A stretch of DNA of 63,579 bases, the filler included, from Globobulimina sp. (lineage: Eukaryota), in NCBI GenBank assembly GCA_003354225.1. It is 36 parts of 36 records of this genome, joined end to end, with 100 filler letters (N's around TTAATTAATTAA, not from the genome) between each part and the next. Parts side by side here need not be neighbours in the genome. Positions count along the whole stretch, not along the records: positions 1 to 1,670 come from PIVH01013350.1; positions 1,771 to 3,440 come from PIVH01013351.1; positions 3,541 to 5,210 come from PIVH01013352.1; positions 5,311 to 6,980 come from PIVH01013353.1; positions 7,081 to 8,750 come from PIVH01013354.1; positions 8,851 to 10,520 come from PIVH01013355.1; positions 10,621 to 12,290 come from PIVH01013356.1; 29 more parts are not named here. The stretch is one strand, 5' to 3'. The translations under genes were made by a program, and so were the position numbers. The notes beneath the pieces are model-generated. The model worked only from the letters and a program-made list of their open reading frames with translations. It ran no database searches and was not told the DNA's origin. Below, piece by piece: positions 1 through 10,982 of this stretch. Every line of letters begins with the position of its first letter. Positions within the stretch are counted from its first letter, which is position 1.

Positions 1-57
1 GAAGCTGATAAAGAAGATGCACCGAAATACTATGTTTAAACATGAAATGTGTAATGA

Positions 58-279
58 TCAACATCTCAAACAGATATAGTTAACTTTAGAAGTATTGTTC
101 GATGAAATTGGTTCATTTAGCGTGCCATTATTGGTATGTGATGTAATATCCATTGTTTTATTTTCTTTAATGGTTGCTTTCTCTGTCGCAGTTATTTTGG
201 AAATTAAATATCTGGCATCTTTAACCAGCAACTGTTCTTTTTTCGTTGGAACATCAGAACAACTGCATATTTTACCCAT
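58..279 (-). CDS. 5' exon of a hypothetical protein with a possible N-myristoylation/palmitoylation start (MGKICSCS), divergent from adhE
   Basis: In-frame ATG at 279 gives an MGxxCxC start; no recognisable domain. Confidence 0.3.
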   Translation of the reverse strand: MGKICSCSDVPTKKEQLLVKDARYLISKITATEKATIKENKTMDITSHTNNGTLNEPISSNNTSKVNYICLRC

Positions 280-392
280 TGATTTTTTTTTGGTTTTTTT
301 TTGAAGAAAAACAATCTCAAAATATTTATTAACTTTTGAAATTAACAAAACATCGTTAACATCGTTTCCTAAAATCTTAATTATACACAATC

Positions 393-1550
393 ATGTTCAC
401 CTCACGAATTAGCAGAATTAGCAGCAGAATACATGTCAGACGAGTAAATTCTTTATTAATCAATCCATATCGTGGTTTAACCACATTAAAAGATATTGAT
501 ACTTCAGTTCTTCGCTTACAAAAAGCACAAGAAGAATGGTTAAAATTATCTCAATCAGATACGGATCATATATTTCATGCGGTAGCAACAGAAGCAAATG
601 ATAATCGAATAAATTTTGCTGAAAGAGCTATTAATGAGACTAAATTGGGTATATTAGAAGATAAAATAGTAAAAAACCATTTAGCCGCAGAATATGTTTA
701 TAGTAGAAATAAAGATGAAAAAACATGTGGCATTATATTTCGTGATGATACGAAAGGAATAATCAAAATCGCAAAACCCGTCGGTATGTGAATAATTGTC
801 AACTCTTAAATTCAGTTATCTGACTTTTACAAACTGTTACTTGTGAATGTCAAGGCCCGATCGGTTGCATAACACCAACAACGAATCCAACATCAACAAT
901 AATTTATAAAACATTGTTATGCGTAAAATCACGAAATGCTGCCTTATTTTCGCCGCATCCACGAGCAAAAGGCTGCTGTGCATATACATTGAATAAATTA
1001 AAAGATGTTGCAATAAAAAATGGTGCGCCAGAACATTGTTTTGATATTTTGACAGAGCCCACAATGGAACTAACAAATTATTTGATACATCACGAAGGAA
1101 TAAAGTTTTTATTAGCAACGGGCGGCAGTGCTTTAACCTCCGTGTGTATGAAATCCGGCAAACCGAGCATCGTTGGAGGACAAGGCAATACGCCAGTGAT
1201 TGTCGACGAATTCGCTGACATTGCGGAGGTTGTGCATAGTGTCAGAATGTCAAAAGGATTTGATAACGGCGTTTGCTGTCCCGCTGAGCAGACGTTATTT
1301 GTTGTAAACGCAGCATATAATAAATTAATGGCAGAGTTTGAAAAACGTGGAATTTATATAATACAGAAAAAAGACATTGCGGATGTGAATAAAATGCGAG
1401 AAACTGTTTTCCAATCCAATGGCTTGGTGAATCCCGATGTTGTGGGCCAAAAAGCAACAAAAATATGCCAACTTGCAAAAGTGTGTGTACCTGAAAAGTA
1501 TTATAATACCTCGAGTATTGTTGGTGTTGAATGTGATGCGAATACAGATG
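393..1550 (+). CDS. adhE: AdhE-type CoA-acylating aldehyde dehydrogenase (N-terminal ALDH domain of a bifunctional aldehyde/alcohol dehydrogenase), 3' truncated; intron 784-854
   Basis: Splicing GT784-AG854 gives AKPVG|PIGCITPTTNPTSTIIYKTL...FSPHPRAK. Also LATGG, GGQGNTP and catalytic FDNGVCCPAEQ. Arg/Ser-rich, acid-free N-terminal extension. Confidence 0.92.
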
Positions 1551-1670
1551 ATTTTTTATTGCAACATCTTTCAATTTATTCAATGTATATGCACAGCAGC
1601 CTTTTGCTCGTGGATGCGGCGAAAATAAGGCAGCATTTCGTGATTTTACGCATAACAATGTTTTATAAAT

Positions 1671-1770
1671 NNNNNNNNNNNNNNNNNNNNNNNNNNNNNN
1701 NNNNNNNNNNNNNNTTAATTAATTAANNNNNNNNNNNNNNNNNNNNNNNNNNNNNNNNNNNNNNNNNNNN
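1671..1770. other. Artificial contig spacer (N44-TTAATTAATTAA-N44); the first of 35 such spacers
   Basis: The identical six-frame-stop linker recurs every ~1.77 kb, and contig lengths fall 1670->1669->1668. Confidence 0.99.
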
Positions 1771-3228
1771 AATGAAGAATATGCCATAAAGATAATGAAT
1801 AAAAAAAAATGTGCAGATAAAAAAACCTTACAACGCGAGATTCAAATCCTAAAAAAATTAAAATCTCCATTCATTGTTGACTTATGCGATTTATTTGAAA
1901 CGAAAAAATATTTATATATTGTGATGGAAATGTGTCATGGCGGCGAATTATTTGATCAGATTGCAAATATGGACTATTATAATGGCGATAGATACACAGA
2001 GAAGGATATAATTGGCATTATGCATCAGTTGGCATCCGGTGTACAGCATATGCATAACATGGGAATTGTTCATCGTGATTTAAAAGTAAGTATGTCCACA
2101 AAATACGGCAAACAATTTCCAAAACACTTGTTTTGTGATCACCGCCATACTTACTTTTAAAGCCGGAAAATATACTTTGTGTGGAACCCGACAGTATTAA
2201 AAACATAAAGATTGCCGACTTTGGCATTTCAATGTACATTGATAATAAAAAAACGTTAACTGATTCACGCAATATGATGAAAACAAGAATGGGCACATTA
2301 AGCTATACCGCGCCTGAAATATTAAAATATAAACCGTATGACGAGAGAGTCGATTATTGGTCGTTGGGTGTCATTATGTATATCTTAGTATGTGGCTATC
2401 CACCGTTTGATGGCGAAAATGATTACGATTTGACGAATGAAATTATATATCAGCCAGTTGAGTTTGATGAGGAAGACTGGTGCCATGTCGGGTATGTTGT
2501 TTTTTGTTTAGTGAAATTTACTTAGAAAAACATTTTTTATTTTTAGCCAGTGTACGCCAGATTTAATTGATAGATTATTATCTAAAAACCCGCGACGAAG
2601 AGCTACTTGTCAGGATATCATCGAACATTCCTGGAAAATCGATGTAAAAAATACAGGTTTTTTAAAAGCACATAACAAATTTAAACAAACTGTTTTTAAG
2701 CGCAAAGTCCAATCACGAACAAGGGTCAATACCCCAATTTTAGGAAATATTGTGGATCGAATGCATGAGTTACAAGAATTGAATATCAATGCTTTGGATG
2801 ATTCAGCAATAGATATCGTGCAATTTGACTCACAGCAAAAAGAGCATCAAATTTGTGCATGGAATGTTGGGCATAATCGCCGAAAAAGTAAAACAACGGA
2901 ATGCTTAGATTTCACAATGTTTTCATCATTTGGTGATGAAAATGGTATGATTATTACAGAGGATTTACCAGATTTACCAGATTTACCTTGTTTTGATGCC
3001 ATGACATATTCGAACAGATCATCGATGGTCTTTAATACTGAAAATGGATTAAGTTGTTTGACTTCGCAAAGCTTTCTGGAAAGTTTTACAAATAAAAGAA
3101 AATTTGTTGCTGAATTGAAAAGTAAACGGAAACGGGTCATACGATCAAAGAAGGGAAATGTAAATAAAATTTTGCAGAGTATTCCTGAACATATTAAAAC
3201 AGAAGAATGTTTAGCTTCAATTTTTTAA
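1771..3228 (+). CDS. CaMK-family Ser/Thr protein kinase, 5' truncated; introns 2086-2162 and 2492-2546
   Basis: GGELFD, HRDLK|PENIL across intron 1, DFG, GTLSYTAPE, DYWSLGVIMYILVCGYPPF. Intron 2 joins into DLIDRLLSKNPRRR and the C-tail ending at TAA 3228. Confidence 0.93.
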
Positions 3229-3540
3229 TTCTTTTGTGTTCTTTCTTTTTCTTATTGATATTTTTCAATTATTTTTGTGTGTTGTTCTTTCCTCTCTTTT
3301 TTTTCATATATTTTACATATATATTTTTAGATATTTATATTTTATATTTTTCTTTTTTTTTAAATGATGCGATTATTAAACAATTCTCGCATTACTTTTT
3401 TTCTTCACTGATTGTATATAATAAAACAAGCGTATATCATNNNNNNNNNNNNNNNNNNNNNNNNNNNNNNNNNNNNNNNNNNNNTTAATTAATTAANNNN
3501 NNNNNNNNNNNNNNNNNNNNNNNNNNNNNNNNNNNNNNNN

Positions 3541-5210
3541 AGTGTACATTTTCGAATGAATCAGGATTGGCTTTAAACTGTATAGTCTGTGGATTTATAA
3601 AACCAAGCTCAAACGGGTGGAAATGTTTAAATTGTACTTTTGAAAATTTTACACAATCTCAAACATGCCAAGTTTGTGACAATCCGAAACCACTGCAAAA
3701 TACTAATATTAATCCATTGATTATTGATGAGGACAATAATAACGCATTTTGGGTGTGTCCTGAATGCACTTTTACAAATAATGAGAGCGTAAACAAAAAT
3801 CGATGCGATTTATGTGATGGAAAACGAGAAACAATGACATTGGGCGGATATGATTATGATGATGACAATGATAATGATAATGATAATAATATTATTGCAA
3901 CGGCAACCATTGAGTTACCGAAGAATGCAAAATATGAACATTTTGAATCTGTATTAAATATCATTGTGGCGCATGCACCCAACCACAAGGCGGCAATCAC
4001 TGTTTTAAAATCATTGAACAAAATAACCTGTCGAGTATCCGACGAAAAGCCAAAATATCGCATCTTAGACACCACCACACACGGCGTACAAACCAAGTTG
4101 TTGGGCTTTGAGGGCAGCATCGAATACTTGCAATTATTGGGCTATGCCTTGGATGACACCCTCACCAAACTGCAATGCATCAAACATCCGCCACAGCACA
4201 TATTGGACAAAGTTATTGCTGCCATCGACCTGCACTTAAAAACGCAAAGGGCAATGATCAAAGATCTGAAAAAAAAGGAAGAAAAACAACAAGAAAAAGA
4301 AAAAGAACAAAAGGAAGAAAAAGACCAAGAAGAAGATTTAAAATTAGATTGCGGCGATTTTACATTGGCTCAATTGGTCGGTTTATTGACCCACGAAACC
4401 TTGACCTTTAATGGAATAAATAATAGCGACCATTGCGATGTTTTATTATTATGCCATCGATGCTTTTCACATTCATTGGAATTGATTGAAGCGATAAGAA
4501 AAAGATTTTTTGTGCCCGCGCCCATCTCCGCGTGTTCGTGGTGCGAAGAAGAGATAATTTCGTGGTGCCAAACTATTCAACGACCCATTCAAAATAAGTG
4601 CGTTCAGATATTATGCGAATGGATAACAAATTATTTCTATGTCGACTTTTATTTACAGTCAAATGTGTTAACGGATTTGCAAAAATTCACCAAACAAGTC
4701 TTAGAATGCAAATATGAATCAGACGACGGATGGTATGACTCTCTCGCAACATTATTGACGTCGGCCATTGAAAGCGGACAAAAACAAATTAAACAACAAA
4801 TTAAACACAATGTTAAACACAATGCATATGACAATGTGTATGATTTATTGCAAATAAATTATGGATTTCTGAAAAAGAAAAGGAAAAAGAAAGAGAAAAA
4901 AGCAACGACAGAAATATTATTAATTTACCAATACTCTGCGATAGAAATGGCGCAACAAATCAGCTTAATCGATTTTGAATATTTTTCATGTATTCACAGC
5001 CGAGAATTTTTGAATAAAGTATGGAAAAATAATAATAATAATAATAATAATTTAAATAATAATTTAAATGCAATGATTTGTCGTTTTAATTGTATCCATC
5101 GCTTTGTTGTATTATCGTTAATAATTTGTCATCGTTTATCGGATCGCGTGTTAATATTATCGCATTTTATTGAAATGAGTTTAAATTTGTTGGAATTGCG
5201 CAATTTCTTA
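3541..5210 (+). CDS. RasGEF (REM + start of CDC25 domain) with three N-terminal RanBP2/NZF zinc fingers and a PUB domain; both ends truncated
   Basis: CTFSN..CIVC, WKCLNCTFEN..CQVC, WVCPECTFTN..CDLC; PUB-like LKSLNKI..KYRIL..GSIEYLQLLGY; REM LLLCHRCF..QILCEWITNYFYVDF; CDC25 EMAQQISLIDFEYFSCI..ELRNF. Confidence 0.85.
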
Positions 5211-5310
5211 NNNNNNNNNNNNNNNNNNNNNNNNNNNNNNNNNNNNNNNNNNNNTTAATTAATTAANNNNNNNNNNNNNNNNNNNNNNNNNNNNNNNNNN
5301 NNNNNNNNNN

Positions 5311-6000
5311 ACTTCCTCACTATTTTCAAACAAAAATATGTTACATTATGGCGTATTACATAGTGTATATTATAAATCACTGCGAATATACAGAACAGAT
5401 ATTGGTTTACTACTGATTGAGCGAAGTGCGTTTGGTTGGTTGCTGCGGATACTTTTCTTTGTGGGTTTATTCTTTGCAGTGTTTGTAACCGTTGGCTTGA
5501 GCGGCTTTCATATTTATTTAGGATGTACCAATCAGACTACTTTTGAAATGATCAAACCGCAGGTCGTTGAAAGCTATCTTAAGGATGAGATGAAACGAAA
5601 AAAGAAATACATTAAAAAACAAGTGCGTGAAAAAGAGAAACAATCCAAAAAATTGGATGATAGACAAGATGAAAAGTATCAAGAAGAGAATGTCATTAAT
5701 GTGGATGAATATTCTTCAGTGTCTTCTGACGATTCGTCCTCTGTGTCAGAGAAAGTATTATTATTCGGACAATTACAGGACAAAAATGGGCAATTTATAC
5801 GGGAAAAGACACCAAAACCGGGCAAGAAACGGAAAAAAAAGAAGAAACATAAAGGGTGGTCCAATTACACAGATGCATATCGGAATTATTTTGACGAAGG
5901 CTTTTTGCAGAATATGTGGATATTTTTTAGTGGCAAAGTCCATCCCGAATGGAGCACTCCATTGCCTTGTATTGTGCTTACAAAACCGAAGAAATCTTAG
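5311..6000 (+). CDS. DHHC palmitoyltransferase, C-terminal half
   Basis: TM helix followed by FHIYLGCTNQTTFE (TTxE motif) and NYFDEGFLQNMWIFF (PaCCT-like motif). Confidence 0.8.
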   Translation, partial: TSSLFSNKNMLHYGVLHSVYYKSLRIYRTDIGLLLIERSAFGWLLRILFFVGLFFAVFVTVGLSGFHIYLGCTNQTTFEMIKPQVVESYLKDEMKRKKKYIKKQVREKEKQSKKLDDRQDEKYQEENVINVDEYSSVSSDDSSSVSEKVLLFGQLQDKNGQFIREKTPKPGKKRKKKKKHKGWSNYTDAYRNYFDEGFLQNMWIFFSGKVHPEWSTPLPCIVLTKPKKS

Positions 6001-6213
6001 TGTGCCTATGTAGGTTATCATATATTGCTTTTTTGTACAATTTTTAATTGCGCTTTGTTTGTTTTTGTGTGTGCATTACATGGTGAACCTATCGACTTTT
6101 TTTTTTAGTTCACACCGTACGAAAAAGACGTTATTTCAAATATGTATATAATTATATTTCACTAAAATATAGTTATTATTTATGTTTGGAGTCAAGAAGA
6201 AGTTATAAATCAA

Positions 6214-6980
6214 TCAGTCAACATCTTGCGTGTTATCCTTATCCGCGTTAACATTTGGTTCAACACTTTTGCTTTTTGTCACAATATAATGCAATAAATC
6301 AACCCGCGTAATAATACCAACCACCATTTGTTTCTTCTCAAACGACATATTATCGCTATATTGCTGCGACTCTGTCACCACCAAAACAAAATGATGCAAG
6401 TTAAATATCTGCGACAATTTAGTTAATTTCGTGTTTAATGAAACTTGTTTAAATTTCTTAAACGTAGCTTTCGTCACTTTATCATTTGGCGACACTCTGC
6501 CTTTCAATAACTTACTCGATAAATTACCAACCGATACCACACCAAATATCTCATTCTTATCCATAATCGGTATCTGATCGATGCGTTTTTTCTTCATAAT
6601 AGCTATGGCCGTTTTACAGCTCAAATTGCTACTCATCGTAATGGGCGGTGACACATTCAATGCAGACACACGATGATTTTTCCACCATTCCGACGTATCT
6701 TCGTTAAAATCCTCAGTTACTTCATCCTCCAAAAAATTATTATCAATCATCCAATCCGTCGATAAAAACTTGGTCATATAATTTCGAATTGAATCCGGTA
6801 ACAAAATCACCACTCTTTTGCCTATTTTTCGCACACAAAATCCGAAAATATAATTTTCAAAAACGTTTTTGTATAAAAAACGTTGAGTCAGAAACGTTTT
6901 TTGTGCAAAAACGAGTTATAAAAATATAAAATAATGCCATACCTTTGGTATTTATACCCGTTTTGTCATGAAACTGCTGA
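6214..6980 (-). CDS. CBS: Cystathionine beta-synthase, C-terminal part with CBS pair; intron 6822-6942
   Basis: KRVVILLPDSIRNYMTKFLSTDWM motif, IDQIPI, GIITRVDLL; GT-AG intron restores the frame. Confidence 0.9.
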
Positions 6981-7200
6981 NNNNNNNNNNNNNNNNNNNN
7001 NNNNNNNNNNNNNNNNNNNNNNNNTTAATTAATTAANNNNNNNNNNNNNNNNNNNNNNNNNNNNNNNNNNNNNNNNNNNNAAAAAGATCAGAAGAAATTA
7101 AAAAAAAACTAAATAAAAAACAAAATGAAATGAAAACAAAAAGATCATATAAAACAATTGGAAAATATCTACAAACAAAACGAAAATAATTGATACAAAA

Positions 7201-8750
7201 CTACACTTTTTTTAGATTTTGAAATTTCTGCATATATTCGTTATAATCATTACCATAATCTTTCAACGCAACTTGCGAAGCCGGCGTCCCTTGGAACTCT
7301 TGTTCTTCCTCACTCTCTGTCTCTGCCTCATCCTCCTCACTCTCCTCCTCATCCTCATCCTCATCCTCCTCACTTTCATCACTGTCCTCTTGCGAATAAC
7401 TCTCACTTTCATCACTTTCATCGCTGTCATTATCATTATTTATTGGTATTTGTGGCGTATTATTTGTAAATTGTTCGTCCTTTTCTTCCGCATCATGTTG
7501 ATCATAATCACTTAGCATATTTTTTGCATGTTTCACTGATTCCAAATTATTCGACAAAGCATCAAATTCTTGGTTGATTTCTACAGATTTCACCTTTCTT
7601 TTGTTTTGGATTTGTGGCACACCGTTATTTAATTGAACCCGTTGAATTGAACGCATTTTGTTTGTCGCAAAATGACATTCCAAATTATGTTCTAACAAAT
7701 ATATAATTTGTATGATTTTCAATGAACAAAAAAAATACATCAAATAACAAACCAAATTTGATCTGATAAAAGATGCCATTTTTCTCGATTTCAATGGTAT
7801 ATTGGCCGTCTTGATGGGCATTTTCGATCTGATTATTGAGTTGCTGTGAATAGGAGGACCAGGTTCCATCATCGTTCTTATATTTCCACACAAAATCGTC
7901 CAATTCTTCGTTTTTCTGTTCAATTTGCGCATTTTTATGTATTATATTGATATCTGGATTGAACTCGTTTTTTAAATTCAGACTCATGGAACTTTTCTTT
8001 TTCTCGTGTTGTTTATTGAAATATTTCATGGCTTTTTGTTGCTGTTTGATTAATAAATTAAAGTTATTATCCAGACCCGGAGCATTTGCGTTGGCTGAGC
8101 CCATATCCACGGTATAACTGCGCGCGACATGTTTCTTTTTCTTTTTACCAAACTCATCCTTCCTCTGTACATTGTCTCCCATTCCAGCCACATTCATCGA
8201 GTGTGTAATGCCATGATTATAATTATTTTTATTCCCATTTCTGGCAGCTGCAGGTTGGTTAAACATGGATGGGGACCGATTTTTAGCCAAATTCTATGTA
8301 CATTAATACACAAAAAAAGTCATATCAATATCCAGATCCTCGCACTCAGACTATTTCCACTTAAGACATTTTTCACTCAAAAAAAAAAAACACTACAAAT
8401 CATGGAGTCATGACACAGTACAAACTGCTCGGAACCAGTCCTATGTATAAACTTAACATCAATTCGTGCGATTTGATTCGTCTCATTCGTCTGCAAATTA
8501 ACCATCCTACACAAAAATAAAAAAAAGTCAAAATAAATCCACAAAAATAACAAAACAAACCTCAAAAAATTAAATTGAATCTCAAACTCGTGCCCATTCA
8601 TTTGAAATGAATATCTTTCTAATTCGGCTCGAAATGCATTCTCAATCTTTGTGTTGATTTGTCCCGGATACACCTTCCAGACATTAAACATTTCCTTATA
8701 CCGCCATTGGAACTTTTTAATTTGGCTCTGCGGCTTCAACATGTCGTTAC
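7201..8750 (-). CDS. Multi-exon protein with two WWE-like domains and an acidic C-terminal tail, 5' truncated
   Basis: FQWRYKEMFNVWKVYPGQINTKIENAF and FVWKYKNDDGTWSSYSQQLNNQIENAH, each followed by Y/FxIxF and M/H..TN..R.I.R elements. Introns at about 8507-8560, 8294-8424 and 7693-7752. Confidence 0.7.
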
Positions 8751-8850
8751 NNNNNNNNNNNNNNNNNNNNNNNNNNNNNNNNNNNNNNNNNNNNTTAATT
8801 AATTAANNNNNNNNNNNNNNNNNNNNNNNNNNNNNNNNNNNNNNNNNNNN

Positions 8851-9072
8851 GAAATAGTGTTTGCATCATCAGCAGCGTCATGGGCTAATATCAGTTTTCA
8901 TCAGTTGGGTTTTGTTCCATCAAATGCTCTTCAAAAACAAGTAACACTTAGACATAAAATCAACTGGAAGCAGGATGCGTTTAGAAGTGTTCAGTATGTA
9001 CAAAACAAAAAACAATTTGAAGCCAAGGAAATATACAAAAAACGCATAGCGGCTTCATCCAAAAAAACATAA
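8851..9072 (+). CDS. 3' end of a bacterial-type hypothetical protein
   Basis: Open from the contig start; the TAA stop lies within ACATAAC. Confidence 0.4.
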   Translation, partial: EIVFASSAASWANISFHQLGFVPSNALQKQVTLRHKINWKQDAFRSVQYVQNKKQFEAKEIYKKRIAASSKKT

Positions 9073-9171
9073 CAAGGCAAATTAACGCGGATGCAAATTC
9101 CATTTTGTAATATACAAATCTATCTTTCTACTCTGGATTATAATTTATTCGTACGAAGGGTGATATATTAT

Positions 9172-9630
9172 TTAGTTGAATTTGAGATTTAATACCAGAA
9201 CACCTAAGATGGATAACATAAGGTAAAAAATCCAAACTGTTTCCATGCAAAATATGCTATATAAATAAACTTTGAACTTGGCTTTCAGTGTAATGTGCTT
9301 TCTGGATTGATATTGCATATATTCATCAGGATTTTGCGAATCAAAATTATTTGATAGTAGTATCTGCTCTTGTTTCTTGGCAAGCTTATTGAGAAATCGC
9401 CCATAGCTTGCTGTCATGCCTTCATAAAGCCAAAAAATCACAAGAATTATTATGATGGACATCTGTGCTTCGCATAAATTCATTACAATTTTTCCAGACA
9501 AGAAGCTTACCAACATGGCAGCCCATATCGTCAAGGCCCATTTTTTTATCGAATCCCGTTGACCATATATTCGATCAAGTGCCTGATATGAAGCCTTTAA
9601 TTGTTCTTCAATCATTTCTCTGTCAAGCAT
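9172..9630 (-). CDS. Bacterial small multi-pass membrane protein (likely start MLDREM)
   Basis: Intronless, about 3 hydrophobic segments, SIKKWALTIW and FWLYE motifs; ATG overlaps the stop of the upstream gene. Confidence 0.65.
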   Translation of the reverse strand: MLDREMIEEQLKASYQALDRIYGQRDSIKKWALTIWAAMLVSFLSGKIVMNLCEAQMSIIIILVIFWLYEGMTASYGRFLNKLAKKQEQILLSNNFDSQNPDEYMQYQSRKHITLKAKFKVYLYSIFCMETVWIFYLMLSILGVLVLNLKFN

Positions 9631-10186
9631 TGTGTTCCTGTTTATCATTCTGTGTTGATTTTATGCTGGTATCAATTTTTGATTTAACATCTAATACATT
9701 TTTAACATATGGTACCTCAACCCAGGAGCCGTATGCATAAAGGCTTAATGTGCCATAATCTAAGATTCTACCTAAAATGGTTGTAGTCAGTTCTAAATTT
9801 TCTACATTTTTTAGATTGAGACAATCTAAGCTTTTAGTTAAAATCCCGCTTTCTACTGTAACATCGCAATCGGACCTCCAAACACGAATGAAGCATGGTT
9901 TAAGCACAACATGCCAATCTTTTAATATGTATATGGCAGGCAAAACAACCAAACTTAACAATGTGTCCGATCTAAATTCCCCCTCTATCAGTTTGTCACC
10001 AACCATATCAAAAACAAGATAAACAATACAAAGCCCAATAAATTTGGCTATTATTTCAAAAAACGCTTCTAAAGAAGGAAAAAAAATTGCGGTAGCTAAT
10101 TTGATATGAGATTTACTTGGTGGCAAATTACTTGGAGCTATGTAACTTATTACTTTATTAAATAATTTCATAGACACATATATCAA
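9623..10186 (-). CDS. Bacterial membrane protein with a bacterial PH (bPH_2/YdbT-like) domain
   Basis: Two TM helices, then VESGIL..L..VENLEL..TILGRILDYGTLSL..VPYV. Confidence 0.75.
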   Translation of the reverse strand: MIYVSMKLFNKVISYIAPSNLPPSKSHIKLATAIFFPSLEAFFEIIAKFIGLCIVYLVFDMVGDKLIEGEFRSDTLLSLVVLPAIYILKDWHVVLKPCFIRVWRSDCDVTVESGILTKSLDCLNLKNVENLELTTTILGRILDYGTLSLYAYGSWVEVPYVKNVLDVKSKIDTSIKSTQNDKQEHNA

Positions 10187-10620
10187 TCCATTTTGAAGAG
10201 TTTGAAATCCTCACCATGAATTTTGTATCAATACCAAATTCTGTTGTAAAGATTTATTAAACCTTATTGGAGAAAAACAAGGTGAAACGAATCATTGTCT
10301 TGATTCATCATTATACCAAGTAAAGAACTCCGATTTTCTTTTCAAAATCGATACGTAGAATATATAAAATTGGTGCTGAAAATAAGTGGACTACTGGCTA
10401 TAGTGTGGTAGCCCTACTCAAGTATTATTATCCTGTCTGTAGCTCTCAGATAATGTCAATTATATGCAAATTGCAAATTAAAAAATGGTGCGCTAATGGT
10501 GCAACCCTATAAAAATATCTNNNNNNNNNNNNNNNNNNNNNNNNNNNNNNNNNNNNNNNNNNNNTTAATTAATTAANNNNNNNNNNNNNNNNNNNNNNNN
10601 NNNNNNNNNNNNNNNNNNNN

Positions 10621-10865
10621 GTCTCAGAATGTTTTGTCATTAAATGAATATAATCTGACAAACACATTAAATATGAATCACTGCAAAACTCAATCAATAT
10701 TTGCTGCGCATTCAAGTCACTCTCTTTCTGACATAATAACTGATAATATCGCAAACAATATGCAATTCGTAATAAATGATCGCAATTCTTTATCACTTCA
10801 TCTTCGTTATCATCAACATTACAGTTTGTTGTGTCTGTTTTGAATATTTTAAATTCATTTTCCAT
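10621..10865 (-). CDS. N-terminus of a lineage-specific hypothetical protein, truncated
   Basis: ATG at 10865, open to the contig end; CDHLLRI..LRYY..LSDYIHLMTKH. Confidence 0.5.
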
Positions 10866-10982
10866 GTTTAATTTATTGAATATTTCTGTATAGCACCAAA
10901 CAAAAAATAAAACGGAGAGGGATTACTTTTTATTGCGTGGAAAGTAAACATAAAATGAGCGTTAAAACGTGTGGCATTGATT

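Noticed and set aside
1551..1670. Inverted copy of 902-1021 (119/120 identical) producing a second 'AdhE' ORF on the minus strand
   Set aside because: It abruptly truncates adhE at a contig end and is near-identical, the typical signature of an amplification or assembly inversion chimera rather than biology.
1715..1726. Regularly spaced TTAATTAATTAA repeats resembling an array
   Set aside because: Artificial scaffolding linker within N runs.
10480..10510. TGGTGCGC/TGGTGCAA as a tRNA 3' end or att site
   Set aside because: No T-arm or other tRNA structure adjacent; too short to support.
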